Assembly (NCBI RefSeq): GCF_009914755.1
Contig: NC_060931.1
From: the human T2T-CHM13v2.0 reference genome, Homo sapiens
Reading direction: 5' to 3' (one strand)
DNA length: 64,000 nucleotides
The notes under the pieces were generated by a model, which worked only from the letters and a program-made list of their open reading frames with translations, did not search any database and was not told the origin of the DNA. A program made the translations under genes and the position numbers. Every line of letters starts with the position of its first letter. The first letter of the stretch is position 1. Positions 1 to 15,679 of the stretch are shown piece by piece.

Positions 1-370
1 ACATTTTTTTCATGAGAGAATTAAATATTTTTGGAATCTTAGATATGTATCAAATTTTCCAAACTTTAGCTAAGGTCTAGTTTCCCCTGTTTGTTGCTGT
101 ACTTGGAGAGTGTGGTAAATGATAGAAGAGAAGCATGAGTGTAAAAGCCAGATTCAAACTGTTGGAAAACTTCAACTATAACCCTGGCTCTGCTACTACT
201 TAGCTCTATGAGCCTATAATCATTTGATTTGTTTCATTTGGCTCATCTATTTAAAAACATGGCAAATGGCACAAAAGGCTAGGGAACTATCAGAAGCCCC
301 AGGAACAATATTATCTTAGAAATCGGCTTAATCGATACCTTATTTACATTTTCTAAATACTAAAAGCTTA

Positions 371-538
<168 letters not shown>

Positions 539-1496
539 CTAAAAAATAGATCATTTGTTATTTAGAAAGTGGGGAAAAATTAAAATACTTCTGATATTTA
601 AAACTTTAATAACCAATATGGGGCCAATGAGGGCACTGACCAGTCAGGAAATATACTAAAGTATCTGCAAAGTATGCTATACGAGTGTGGTTGAATATCA
701 GCTGCATGGACACTACATCAAAACTAAATATATGGACATGTGCATGCATATGCGTGTGTGCACACACATACATATACACACACATTCAACTGTAAGAGAT
801 ATTTCCATTTCAGATCTATTAAAATGTGAAAAAATATTGTGTCTTAGCATCAATAAAATATAATGGTTAAGAAACCCATTACCTAAACGGAATTCAAGCC
901 CTCTATTTGACTAAGGTTTCTGAAAATGCCTTGCTTTAACTAGTTTAAGGATTAATTAAATATGATCCTGAAGATACTGTCATTACAAGAATGCTAAGAA
1001 GAAATTTTAAATATGGTACTACCGAAAAATAATAAACATCTTCCATCTTACAAGTTCTATGGAAAGAAAACTTCTGCATTTGTGCCTGTACCACCACAGT
1101 GTGAAACACTCCTTGAGTTCAAACGTAAGAGTTAACTAATTAGAGTTTTGAATTAAATGTTCTATAGTTAATCTCAGATGTTTTGCTAAACTTAGTCTAC
1201 AAATGTCTTTAATTATAGACCACTGAGATTTTTCTTTTAATGGAGATTTCAAATGAGAGAGATGCAGAATGCTATTCAAAGATATTGACACCTACCTAAA
1301 AGAAGCTATATAACCTAAATCACATTTATATTTATGAAGAAAGATTTAGAAGCAAAAGGAGTTACAAACAAGGAAATTTAATTCATTTGTATAAATATAG
1401 CACTCCTGACTACTGGATGACTATAGGGATACCACTTTTTTTCCCCTACAAGTTCAGGATTGAATAACAGACATCTTACATAACAAAAAAACTATA

Positions 1497-1826
1497 TAGG
1501 TTAAATATTCTTTATCTGAAATACTTGAAAACAGAAGTGTTTCAGATTTCAGATATTTACAGATTTTGGAATATCTGCATATATATAATGAGCTATCTTA
1601 GAGATGAGACCCAAGTCTAAAAACGAAATTCATTTATGTTTCACATATATGTTATACACATCACCTGAAAGTAATTTTCTATAATATTTTCAATAATTTT
1701 GTGCATGACACAAAATTTTTGTACACTGAATAATTGGAAAGCAAAGGGTTCACTCGCATACTGGCACTCAAAAAGATCTGCATTTAGGAGAATTCTGGAC
1801 TTTTAGATTATGGAGGCTCAATCCTA
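1497..1826 (+). mobile_element. Tigger4b/MER46-type DNA transposon MITE
   Basis: Resembles the Tigger4 terminus CAGGTTGAGTATCCCTTATCCGAAATGC; degenerate inverted ends (taggttaaat / ctcaatccta) flanked by TA. Confidence 0.8.
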
Positions 1827-2309
1827 TAAAAGGAAACGTTTAAAAAAAAAAGATGAGTAGCAAATCAACTTTCCAATTCTGCTTATTGTAGCTTCTCTTA
1901 ATTATATTTCCCCTCATTACTCTTTATTTCTGATGGAGGATATAAGCAAAGGAGGTAAGGAGAAAACCCACACTCCCAGGTGCTACTCCTTCATTCCCAA
2001 GGATCTTTTTTCCCAACCAATCAAGGGTTTTATAAGGAGCAGACAAAATACAAGCCTTTCCTTTGACCTCTTTCACTTACATCTATATCATAACCAGGGA
2101 GTAGTATAAAGAAAGTTAAAGAAGAAAAGAACAAAAAGAAAAAAGAAAAAAATAATTTTCCTCATAGTCTTCAAAGTGAGACATTGGAAAAAACATAAAA
2201 TTTTCTAGTTTTATCTCATTCTTTTTGACTGGATTATTTTGTGATTCTTTTAAAATATGTGTGTGTATATGTATATATAAATATATTAGTATAGCACATG
2301 TATGTATGA

Positions 2310-2560
2310 TCTACAAAAGATTTGAAAGAAGGCCTAAACACATGGAGAAAGATATTCACATACAAAAGGCTTTGATATTACAAAAATGATAATTTCCTCC
2401 AAATTAAACTTTAAATTTTATGCAATTCAATCAAAATTCCCAGAAGCTTTCATGGAATCTGAAAAGCTAATCCAAAAACTTATACGAAAGAGAACAGTCA
2501 AATCAATTTTAAAGAATATGAGAGGGGGGCTTTACCCTATCAAAAAATACATAAAGAAAA
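2310..2560 (+). mobile_element. Old L1M ORF2 fragment
   Basis: Translation FYAIQSKFPEAFMESEKLIQKLI resembles L1 ORF2 FNAIPIKIP..FF.ELEKLILKFI; boundaries approximate. Confidence 0.6.
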
Positions 2561-4689
2561 AGGATAATAAACATAGGTATACGTACAAACCTACATATGG
2601 AGACACAGAGAGGAGAGCAAAAAAAAAAAAAAAAAAAAAAAAAACCAGAGCAGGCAGGAGCTCAAAGAAGGTTCGATGTGTAGAGTTTTATTTCCTAAAA
2701 TTTAAAAGTGTCTGAAATAAATGTGGCAAAACATTTAAAAAATAAGGTGAACACACGGGTGTTTATTATACTATCTTGTCTACTACAGTATTTTTTAACA
2801 TAACAAAATTTCGAGGCCAAGATATAAGTTATTCACATAAAGATAAGTTGTTATTATCAAAAATTCCTTATGGAGGCAGCATTGTATTTTTTCAAAAGCT
2901 TGACTAAAAATACTATGAAATGTGCCAGATGCTCTATTATAAAAAAACAAGTATTGGTTAATCTTGTCAGTATTAAGATTCCAAAAATACAAATGAAACA
3001 TCAACCAAAAAATTATAAAAATACAGTTTAAAAAACAACTATAGAAGTCTATTTAAATACTAAAAAAAAACTAGAAACACTAAAAAAAAAAGCAAAGTAA
3101 ATATGGCTAGTAAGAAATGACTATCCCTTTAGAAATAATCAAACGATTTGTCATAAACGGTCAAGAATTTCCCTTTAGGTTTATTATTTTTAATTCCCTG
3201 AATATGTCTCAAAATAGCCAACCAAATCACAGCTGTTGAACTATTGAAGGCCAAAACATAATTATGACCACGTATATTTTATAATTAACAATTGTGTCTG
3301 GATAAGAGTAGGGATTTAGAAAGTAAAGCTTTAGTTTCCAGACAAAAGATTTGAAATCTCAGTTTATGTGACTGGGTCTGTGTAAAATGTTTAAGGGAAT
3401 GATATAACAAAAAGTGAGATTCAGAAAATAGTTAAGGGCAATTCGGGCTCTAAAATACATTGCTTGTAGATGTTGATTATATTATATTCTATAATTGCAT
3501 TATACTGTCCTCTTTACTAAAATAAAAACACATTTTTTCCTGTTTCTATACAACAAAAGTCTTTCGTACTGGTTCCAGGTATTTTGACACAAAAACGTAA
3601 TTTTAAACAGTTGTCTTGAAAGTACCAAGAAGAATTCATTTATATCAATGTCACGTGAGTGAAGAGTTCCTAAATTAAGAAGAAATGTTACAGAGGTTGT
3701 CAGAAAACAAATAAATGTGATGTCAATGTGTATTAAATAAAAATCTAAAGTTATATTACTTACACAGAGAAAAATCATTTTCATATTGCATTGCAGACAA
3801 ATAATATAATGCTATTGATATCTTCACAGAAAACACAGTGCCATACATTTTCTTAATTATGTGTGCTCATATCACCCTCTAGTGGGCAAAATAAAGCAGA
3901 ACATAAAAAAGGAGAAAAGAATCTGGAAAAAAAATCCACAGCATTCACTGATTCATTCATTCAGCAGCAGCTATTACTTACTTCATCCTCACTACAGGGA
4001 AAGCACTGCGATAGGTGCTGTTCAGGACTAAGACAAGAAAAGCAGGAAAAGCGGAAACAGAAAGACCTACATTGGAAGACCTGTTTGGAAGCAGTATAGG
4101 GAAAGAGAAGGGAATAAAATGGCGAAGGAAGGTATGCAGAGTGTGGAACTGAGGTGAATCTAAAATGTAAATTCATTTTATTTATGAAAGAACTCTATGA
4201 AAAAACCTCCAGAACTGAACTTATCATATATTTAATTTTGAAATAAACTAATCAATGTAGATAATATCTTTCAGGGAAATAATGTCAAAAATATATCTTC
4301 AACAGTCAGTGTTTTCTGATATGTCACAGATGTATGTGCATACATATATACACACAGAGGACAAAAAAGTACAGTCACTATCTTCCTGGACCCTGGATTT
4401 AATCTAATTTATTGATTTGAGTTGAGTAAACTTACTTGGTTTGTTGTTGTTTTGTTTTCTAATTACTATTTTTTCTGTAACCCAGAACAGTATTGATGGT
4501 GAACTTATTTGTGATACAATGTAGAATGGATATATTTGCTACTCCATGGCCACTGATTTATAAAGGGAAATTGGGCATTGAAATTCAGATCTTCACTCTT
4601 ACTGTTTTCTTTTAATTTCCTATAAGTAGGCTAGAAGATATTTGTGATGGAGATCACTTCCATTTAATGCTTTAAAAGATTAGCTCTGC

Positions 4690-5680
4690 AAAGAGACATT
4701 GTGGATTCAAACACTGGCTTCATCCAGATAGGGACAGGAGGCAGGGAAATTCTACGCAGAAGAGGGCAGGTCCCCAGCAAGGACCCTGCTCTCAAGCTGA
4801 AAAGCCTGATACCACGGCCCAAAGTGAGAACTTACATCCCTGTTTTCCTGCTCAAATGTTGCCTTTTCTAAAACCATCCATGGCCCACCCCACCTGACAT
4901 CCTGTGCCCATAAAAACCCCAGGCTCAGCCGGCAGAGGGAAGAGAGGCAGCTGGCCATCAGACACTATGGCTGGATGTCAGAGAGAAGCAGCTTGACTTC
5001 AGAGGGACAGCTTGATGGTGTAACCTGGGAGAAGAATCTGGCCAGAGAGGGCCAGACTTCAAGGTAAGACTACCTTCCTGCTCCATCCTCTTTTCACTTC
5101 CCCTTCCCACTGAGCCACTTTCATCAGTAATGAAATCCCCTGAATTTACCATCTTCATTTTATTCTTGAGACCTCATTCCTCCTGGATGCTACACAAGAG
5201 CTCGGGTGCCACAAGTGTGGTGTGAGTCAGTCACAGCTACCCTGCACTAAGCTGTTAACACTTAAGCTGTCCATGGATGACAGAGCTAAAACAGTACTGT
5301 AACACTTCCTCTGGGGCTTCAGGGGTCACCAGCACCCTCTCAGATGCTGCTGTGGGGCCAGTACAGAGTTTGCTTCTGCCCGTGCCCAAAAGCCTTTGCC
5401 CTGGCTCCTGCACCTGCTCACCTGCATGCTCCCACTCCTGTGGTCTGAGTGAGTGGAGCTCTCCCCTGCCAGCACTGAAGCGGCTGCCTAGTTCCAGCAC
5501 CTGTGCACTCCAGTTCCTGCCCGTGAAGGGGTCAGGGAAATACCCTGCTTCAATCCAACTAGCTGTGGAATCTTGAACCACTGATTTAACCTGAGTGCCT
5601 CATTTCACATTTGTAGAACGAGATGACTACCATCACCTGTCTTATAGGAGAGTACCAAATGCATATAAAGTGCCTAGCAA
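4690..5680 (+). mobile_element. MIR split by the LTR insertion
   Basis: ggattcaaacactggcttc on the left continues as aactagctgtggaatcttg...ctgagtgcctcatttcacatttgta...aaagtgcctagca on the right. Confidence 0.65.
4726..5552 (+). mobile_element. ERV1 solo LTR, LTR1 family (LTR1B-like)
   Basis: 827 bp; begins (a)gatagggacaggaggcagggaaattc and ends ccctgcttca; exact 4-bp TSD ATCC at 4722-4725 and 5553-5556; TATA-like ATAAAAA at 4910. Confidence 0.88.
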
Positions 5681-6318
5681 AAGTTACTCTTATTATTTAC
5701 TGCATTATTATTTATCATACCATTCTTTACTACAAAAAGTACTTTCAAATAAAAGATATAATAGAGAAAAGAAATTCCCTACAATTTTTGTTAATAGTTA
5801 AGTACTGCCATATCTAAACTGTGCACCTTAATGTATTTCAGAAGACAGTATGCAAATTCTATAAATTACACAGTATACACACACCCAATTTATAATATTA
5901 TAAACTTATAATATAAACTTGTAATATAAATATTACAATTATAACAAATTGTAATTTAACAATTTGTTAAACTAATGAACAAAAAGTTATCAGCTACATT
6001 CTATCAAACCAGTTTACCAAGCTTAGCATTTAAGTTAGCAATATTTTATATAGCCTTTTTCATTCTAAAGCAGTATTATCTCACACAACAAAATTTTTCT
6101 ATACTATTTTCACAGTAAAATTATGTATACCTTTAAGACATTTAAGAAAGATTATTTTAAAAATTGCTCTAACCCATTAAGTTTATCTTTTAATAATTTA
6201 TTGTAACATACATTTTACAACTTAAAAATCAAAGAAATAAATATAATTTCTAGACTGTATCACCTATACATGTAACCATATATAAAAAATTTACATGAGC
6301 AAAAATCACTATAATTTA

Positions 6319-6537
<219 letters not shown>

Positions 6538-8007
6538 TTATGATCCTTTTGAAAAAATGCTTGTGCTAAAAAGTTTTTTCCTGGAAACAGTATTTAAAAG
6601 TAATTAAACTTATGCCTCTGAATATTGGCACTATTTTAAATATGACATTATTTTCTGATTGTTAAAGAACTACATATGAAATATGGGTAATGTGGAAAAT
6701 GTAGAAGAATGTAAAGGAGAAAAAGAGTCACACTGCCATAAGCTCAGACTAAATATTCCTGAGTCAAGTGCTTTATACAATAAAAACAAACCAAAATGAT
6801 CTTGAAAAACACTCATATGTATTAAAATATTTTTGCACATAAATACAACTAGTAAAATTATGAATGCTCTAAAAATTATAATAGTAATACATTTGACATT
6901 AATCAAATTATTTTTATGAGATTCAGTCTCATTCTTAAATTAGTTGTAAAGCATTATTCTGATGTTTCCATACAAAGAAGTAAATGTTGTAAATTTGAAT
7001 AATTTCCTTTATATGATGATTTTCTGGTTCACATTATGCTTTTTCTTCTCCAAACCGTATTACAGGTGAGACATACAAATTACCCACCAGCTCTGGCTAT
7101 AAATGACGCCTGGTTATTTATATAAAAAAAAAAAACCATAAAACAAAACACACAAAAGATAAGGCCGCACCAATACTGTAGATATTAAAACAAATAGAAT
7201 ATATACATTTAGAGAAAACTCAATTTGAGAGTATTGCTCAGAAAAAAAAAACATATAATATTAACAGAATAGAGAAAAATATGGAATGATGTCAGATCAA
7301 CAAATTTATTAAATTATATTTAATGCAAACGATTGGTATACCACGGCTACTGAAAAATTAAAATAAATGCACTGTGGTTAGTAAAAAAGGTACCAATATT
7401 AATATTGTGCCCAGGTTGAGATGGAAAATGATTATACTATTTTGTATGTAACCAGACATTATATCGAGTAATGTCTAGCTCCTCTGTTATTAAAAAATAT
7501 AATTTAAAAATTATTTCTGATACATAAGAAAATCACTGTCCGGAAAAAAAAAATCACTCATATTTCCCAGAGTTGAAAACAGTAAAATGTTGCTTTATAG
7601 GCCTCCCAATATATTTTTGCTATGTACATATACATTTTTAGTGTGTAAATGAAACTACAGTAATCACTAAATAGACCATCATGAAATTCTATCTCAACAA
7701 GTGTATGTCTATAATGTCATTTTATGGTTACAAAGTATTTTATGGTGACATTTACAATGTTATTTTATGGTCATCCTACATAAATAGTGTACACAATTCT
7801 CTATTGTTAGTATTTGTTTTTTTCTAATTTTTCTACTGTATTCTCATTTTTTATACTGTAAGAAAGATAAATATATTCTTTTAAATGCACCTTTGTAAAT
7901 ATTTTAAATTATTTCCTTAAGATAATGAAAATAAAATTGCTGAGTTGAAGGGTACAAAAAGACTTTTGAGGCTTATTCTTAAATTGTTGTAAGAAAGGCT
8001 TTTACTA

Positions 8008-9498
8008 ATTCTTTTCTTTAAATTTTGCTTGAAGTTTTGGGATACATGTGCAGAATGTGCAGGTTTGTTACATAGGTATACACGTGCCATAGTGGTTTGC
8101 TGTACCCATCAACCCGTCATCTACGTTAGGTATTTCTCCTAACGCTATCTCTCCCCCAGCCCCCTACCCCACAACAGGCCCCATTGTGTGATGTTCCCCT
8201 CCCTGTCTCCATGTGTTCTCATTGTTCAACTCCCACTTATGAGTGAGAACATGCGGTGTTTGGTTTTCCGTTCTTGTGTTAGTTGGCTGAGAATGATGGT
8301 TTCTAGCTTCGTCCATGTCCTTGCAAAGGATATGAACTTATCCTTTCTTTGGCTGCATAGTATTCCAGGGTGTATATGTGCCACATTTTCTTAATCCAGT
8401 CTACCATTCGTGGGCATTTGGGTTGGTTCCCAGTCTTTGCTAATGTGAATAGTGCCACAATAAACATACGTGTGCATGTGTCTTTATAGGAGAATGATTT
8501 ATAATCCTTTGGGTATATACCCAGTAATGGGATTGCAGTGTTAAACAGTATTTCTGGTTTTAGATCCTTCAGGAATCGCCACACTGTCTTCCACAATGGC
8601 TGAACTAATTTACACTCCCACCAACAGTGTAAAAGCGCTCCTTTTTCTCCACATCCTCTCCAGCATGTTGTTTCCTGACTTTTTAACGATTGCCATTCTA
8701 ACTGGCGTGAGATGGTATCTCATTGTGGTTTTGATTTACATTTCTGTAATGACCAGTGATTATGAACTTCTTTTCATATGTCTGTTAGCCACATAAATGT
8801 CTTCTTTTGAGAAGTGTCTGTTCATATCCTTTGCCCACATTTTAATGGGGTTGTTTTTTCTTGTAAATTAGTTTAAGTTTCTTGTAGATTCTGGATATTA
8901 GCCCTTTGTCAGATGGACAGATTGCAAAAATTTTCTCCCATTCTGTAGGTTGGCCTGTTCACTCTGATGATAGTTTCTCTTGCTGTGCAGAAGCTCTTTA
9001 ACTTTGTCAATTTTGGCTTTTGTCAATTTTGGCTTTTGTTGCCATTGCTTTTATTGTTTTAGTCATAAAGTCTTTGCCCATGCCTATGTCCTGAATGGTA
9101 TTGCCTAGGTTTTCTTCTAGGGTTTTTATGGTTTTAGGGCTTATGTTTAAGTCTTTAATCTATCTTGAATTAATTTTTGTATAAGGTGTAAGGAAGGGGT
9201 CTACTTTCAGTTTACTGCATATGGCTAGCCAGTCTTCCCAACACCACTTATTAAATAGGGAATCCTTTCCCCATTGCTTGTTTTTGTCAGGTTTGTCAAA
9301 GATCAGATGATTGTAGATGTGTGGCGTTATTTCTGAGGCCTCTGTTCCGTTCCACTGGTCCATATATCTGCTTTGGTAGCAGTACAATGCTTTTTTGGTT
9401 ACTGTAGCCTTGTAGTACAGGTTGAAGTCAGGTAGCATGATGCCTCTAGCTTTGTTCTTTTTGCTTAGGATTGTCTTGGCTATATGGGCTCTTTTTTG
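8008..9498 (-). mobile_element. 5'-truncated L1PA (about L1PA7), ORF2 C-terminus + 3'UTR
   Basis: ORF-track peptides [18 protein letters not shown]... and ...WIKKMWHIYTLEYYA are L1 ORF2; typical L1PA 3'UTR at 8040-8330. Confidence 0.95.
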
Positions 9499-10738
9499 AC
9501 TTTTCAATATTGTATTTTAAACTAACAGTTACGTGACAGTGGTTTTCACTTGTCCAAAAAAGTTATCTGTTACAATGGGATGCAGGTATGTGCTGTGTTT
9601 CTGCAGAGAGAAAATGTAGACTCAACTATTTCAGCTAAAAGTTGGCACATTTTATCTTAGAATTTAAGAATTTTCTAAAAACACAGTCAAAAGATAGAAT
9701 ATGCCTCAGTGCATAGTAGTAGAGTCCTTGTCATAGGAAGTGTTCAGTTGTTAGCAAATGCTCATTTGTTAAGAATGTCACTTTTGCCAGAGTATGACTG
9801 GTTGACCTAGATTCGCTCTAAGTTTGTTTGATTTTATATTGCTTTAGCTTCAGCTTTATCATATTTGACTTATTTAACTTTCTGCAGGGCATGTATTTAC
9901 GACTTTCTCATAATATTCCATGTGTATATGAGTGTGCTATTTTCAACTGCTAGAACTTTGTATTTTATTCAATGATTTCTAACTTCTCTGTTTTTTAATA
10001 TGGGCAAGGTGTAAATCATAATAATGCTAAACTCCATGACTTGTCCAAGTGCCACTGCATTCCATTTCTTGCCCTATTATTCCAAAGATAGTATAGAGAG
10101 AAATAACCATAGGAGCAGGCCTGAAGAGGCATTTGTTCAAATGTATCCTCCATAGGATGTCCAGGCAAGAAAAACATCAAACATCCAGCTTCTCCAGAAG
10201 TTACTCTCTAAACTGGGATAGGTATATACAGAGATTTGATGGGTCTTAAGTTATTTTTTTATCTTGCTGATTTAAAAGCAAAACACAGTAATGCAAAATG
10301 CTTCAAAACTGTCCATGGTATGACTATGAAGTAGGCAGTGAAAGACATAAGAAGAGAACCCAACATCAACGGGACAAAAAAGTAAATAAATGAGAGGGAA
10401 GGTGACCTTGACAGGGAAACAGAAATATTCATGTATAGGACTACAAACTATGAAATAATAGAAAACAAGTCTACATCTTATTACTACTAAAATTTTAAAA
10501 ATGCATCAGTCATACTATATTTAACATGTAGATCTAATAACATTATATTTCTCTGGAAGGAAAGTGTAAAATTTTAGAGAGGTACAAGAGTAGAGCTGCA
10601 TGAATATTGAGGCTCGTCAAAAATAGTTAAAATTTAAGTTCCTAGTATAATACACAGCATGCTTTATCTCATCAGAATGCTGAAACATAAGCTCTTTACA
10701 GACATGTAAGTGGTGCTAACTTATAATTCCCAGTATTA

Positions 10739-11041
<303 letters not shown>

Positions 11042-11554
11042 CTAAGAAAGTAGGGCAAAGTAGAAAACAGATACAAATAAAATAGCTTACTGATGCACAA
11101 CCTACGAACCAAAGAAACTGGAAAGATTATCAATTTTGCCAGCATAATTAAGAGAGGGCATTTTTTAAAAACTATTTTTCATTTAATTAGCATGTAAATT
11201 CTACACTCAAGTGCTGGTGCTACACCAAGATACAGAAGTATCATGGAAACTGTGAACCTCCATGCAAAATTCACTTACATTTTTTAAAGAGCTAGGTGGT
11301 AGTCTCCCTAATCCTATCAAGCTTGCAGTTTTACATTTATTAGTTTTTTTATTAAGGTGTAATTTATACAAGGAAAAAGGACCATAAATGACAGTGACTT
11401 ATGAATATTATAGAAAAGACCAGAACACTTGAAATATGAGAATATAAAGTGAACAAAATGAAGCTCAGGCTAGAGTTTAATCAGAGTGACTGAGAGCACT
11501 GAGATATGCCATAAGCTCTTTTGCTTTCTGAATTTGGGGGCTGTTATCAGAGGC

Positions 11555-14270
11555 ACATACATTTATATTGTTACATCTTCATGAAGTGACCCCTTTGTCC
11601 TTATGAAATGCTCCTTCCAAAACTCTCTCGTAGTAATATCGTTACTTCATTTCCCTTATGTTTACTTTGCACATTTTTTTTCCTACAGTTTTAGTTCTAA
11701 CTTGTTTAGGTCTTCATATTTAAAGTGCATTTCTCATAGGTAGCATATATTTGGTTCCTGATTATTTTTGTTCAGTCAATCTTTTCCTTGCAATTGGAAA
11801 TTAGTCCATTCACAGAAATGCAGTTATTAACATGGCCATATTTGAGTCTACTATCTTATTTGTTTTCCTTTTTTTCATACTTCTTGCTTTTTTGCTTCTT
11901 TGCTTTTTTAAAACCATTTTTTTTCCTATTGTTCCTTTCTTGTTTTCTTTTTGGAATTCTTACTAGTGCTCCATTTCGTTCTTCTTAGCTATGAATAAAT
12001 CTTTAACTTCTTAATGTCCACTTGGAATCAATATTGTTCCACTATGTACTTTCTACTTTCCATTTCATACTTGCCACTTCCTATTTTACGCGTTCTACTT
12101 CACAAATATCTTTTCAATGGTAGAATTCCATTTACTTATCCCATCCATCCTTTGTGTTACTGTTGTAGTATTTTTTCTACATATTTTATAATCTCCACCA
12201 TGTAATATTATTGGTTTTGCTTTAAATAGACATTTCTCTTTTAATTAAATTACGGAAAGAAAAACATTGTGTTTACGTATTTGCTATTTTTTTCCATCAT
12301 TTCTTGTATTTTTGTCACTTCTTAACTATCCAGCTTCTAGTTGCTAGCATTCCTCTTTGGCCTGAATATCATTCTTTAGCATTAATGCTATGCAGATATG
12401 CTGCCATGGACTATCTCATTTTTCCTTTATATAAAATGTTTTTATTTTACTCTCATTCCTGAAGAATGTATTTGCTGGATATAAAATTCTGTGTGAATAA
12501 ATTTTTTTCTATCACCATATAAAACTTACTTCTTTGTTCTCTGGGTGTCACTGTCTCTGGTAAGAAGTGAAAGATGACTGGTATCATTGTTCTCCAACAA
12601 TGCATCATTTTTTTCTCCAGTTGATTTCAAGATTTTTCTCTTTCTCAATGGTTTCACATTGAGAAAGTTTTGTCTGGATGTGCGTTTCTTTGCACATACC
12701 CTGCATAAAGTACATTTAAGTCTTTGTTTTTCATCAAATTTGGGGAAATTCTGGTCCTTATTTCTATAAATATTTTATTTCCCTTCACCCTCTCTCCTCT
12801 TGCATCCTAAATTACATGTAACCCTTGATATTGTTCCATAGGTCCTTAGGGTCTATTAATTTGTATTTAATCCTTGTTCTTCAGATTAGGTAGCTTCTAA
12901 TGATTTGTCATCAATTTAACTTATATCTGATCTATTTAGCCCATCCATTAGATTTTTCATTTGTTCTTTTCAGTTCCTGAATTTCTATTTTTTTAATAGT
13001 TTCCACTTCTCTGATGAAATTTCTTTTCATTCATTTAACATCTTCCTCTAATTCACTGAATCTATTTTCACTTAATTCCTTTTTTAAGTTATTTTATTTA
13101 TTAATTATTATTATTATTATTATTTTGAGACGGATCTCGTTCTGTCACTCAGGCTGGAATGCAGTGGTGTAATAATATTTCACTGCAGCCTTGACCTCCC
13201 GGGCTCAAGGGATCTTCTCACCTCCACTTAATTCTTTGAAAGTCTATATAATCTGTGCTTTAAAGTTTTTGTTTAATAAAGACAACATTTGGGCTACCAT
13301 GGAGTTGGTTTGGAATGTGTATGATTTTTTCTTTTTTCTTGACTAAGGGTAACACTTTGTTGTTTTCATGTAGAATATATCTTTTTTTCTTTACTAGACA
13401 TCATAGATGCTATACTGTAAAGACTCTGAATTATGTTGGCTTCTTCTGACAAACACTGATTTTTGTTCTTGTTGGCCACTGAGTTGTTGTCTGGTCATCT
13501 TAAACTCATGAATGCTTGTTTTTATGCTTTGTTAGGGTGATACGTGGAAAGCCCATGATGTTTCCCAAAGTCTTCTACCTTGATGGGACTCACCCTGCAA
13601 ACTCTCTGCGAAGTCTTCTCCGTAGAACTTGTTTCAGGCTTTGATAAAACATGTGTAGAATAGGCCTTACTATAAGATGTGGTCCTTCGTGAGGTGAGCT
13701 ACTTTTGGGGGGTGAAACCTTTGTGCTGCCTCAGCTGAATGTCCAAGCTGTTAAGGAGGTATTAATAAGGTTATTTGTCCCTGACTATCTTGGACTTCCA
13801 GCACCCCATTACTAGACCTCCAGTATCCATTTCATGTTCAACCACAGTTCAACCACACAGCAGCTTTTGTAATCCTTAAGTAGTTCTACCCTGCTCTGTG
13901 CAGCCTGGCTTTCAACCAAGTATTCGAGCCCACCCCAACCCTGGTGGACTTTTAGACATCCCCTTCTGTATAACTCCTTCCTCTCTGGTTTCTTGTTGTG
14001 AAAATTCCAGCTTTCAGCTGCCTTGAACTTTGACTTTAGCTATAGCAGGACCACAGCTTGAACTTCAGCTTACTGTGCAGTGGTTGAGAAAATGTCTATA
14101 GGCAGGGATGTGGTCATCATGGGGCTCACTTTATAAGTTTCTCTTCACTCTCTGATCATAGCTACCCATTGTCCGATGCCTAAAAAACAGTTGCCTCATA
14201 ACGTTTTATGGGTCTTCGTGGTAGTAGGGCTAGTCTAGTACCAGTTAATTTTTCGTAACACAGAAGTTCG
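11555..14270 (-). mobile_element. Ancient L1M (ORF1 / ORF2 5' region)
   Basis: T-rich tract with antisense L1M motifs (ggtagcatatatttgg, ttgctggatataaaattct, tcatcaaatttggggaaatt); boundaries approximate. Confidence 0.7.
13081..13224 (-). mobile_element. Truncated Alu (AluJ/FRAM-like right arm) with (TTA)n tail
   Basis: ttttgagacggatctcgttctgtcactcaggctgg...gctcaagggatc; TSD cacttaattc at 13069 and 13225. Confidence 0.85.
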
Positions 14271-14539
14271 CTCTGCAGATTCTAACTATACTTGCCTACA
14301 ACTGATCGATTACCTAACTTTTAAATGGGTTCTACTTGATGTATATGCTGCTTCTCTTTTATACTCCAATGTCTGATTGATTCTTGGTTCTGTGGTCATC
14401 ATTTTTATCACCAATTCCATGCTCACTAGTGTATACTGTTGACTAAAGCTTGCCTCTGCTGATTAACATAGTAAACCAGAACAATCTTCCAGCTTAGGTG
14501 TGTTGGTAGCTTTCACATATCATTTATGAGCAGGTCCTC

Positions 14540-15470
<931 letters not shown>

Positions 15471-15679
15471 AAAGAAGAGTAGATCTTGACTCTTGTTTTA
15501 ATGTATATTTTTGCTATGAACTATGATCTTCAAATTGCAATAAGAAAAACAAGAAAAAATAAATTCTGATATCTAAAACAAATGTCTGTACTTAGAATGA
15601 CCTTGCTCAACCAAAGACAACAGGGCGATTCAAAGCTAGTGGAACTGTCAACATAAAGAGTGTAAGGAAGCACTACTAG

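Noticed and set aside
737-785. Alternating purine-pyrimidine stretch (Z-DNA candidate)
   Set aside because: Short, AT-interrupted and commonplace.
4752-5581. Cluster of overlapping ORFs
   Set aside because: All lie within the GC-richer LTR1 element; chance ORFs.
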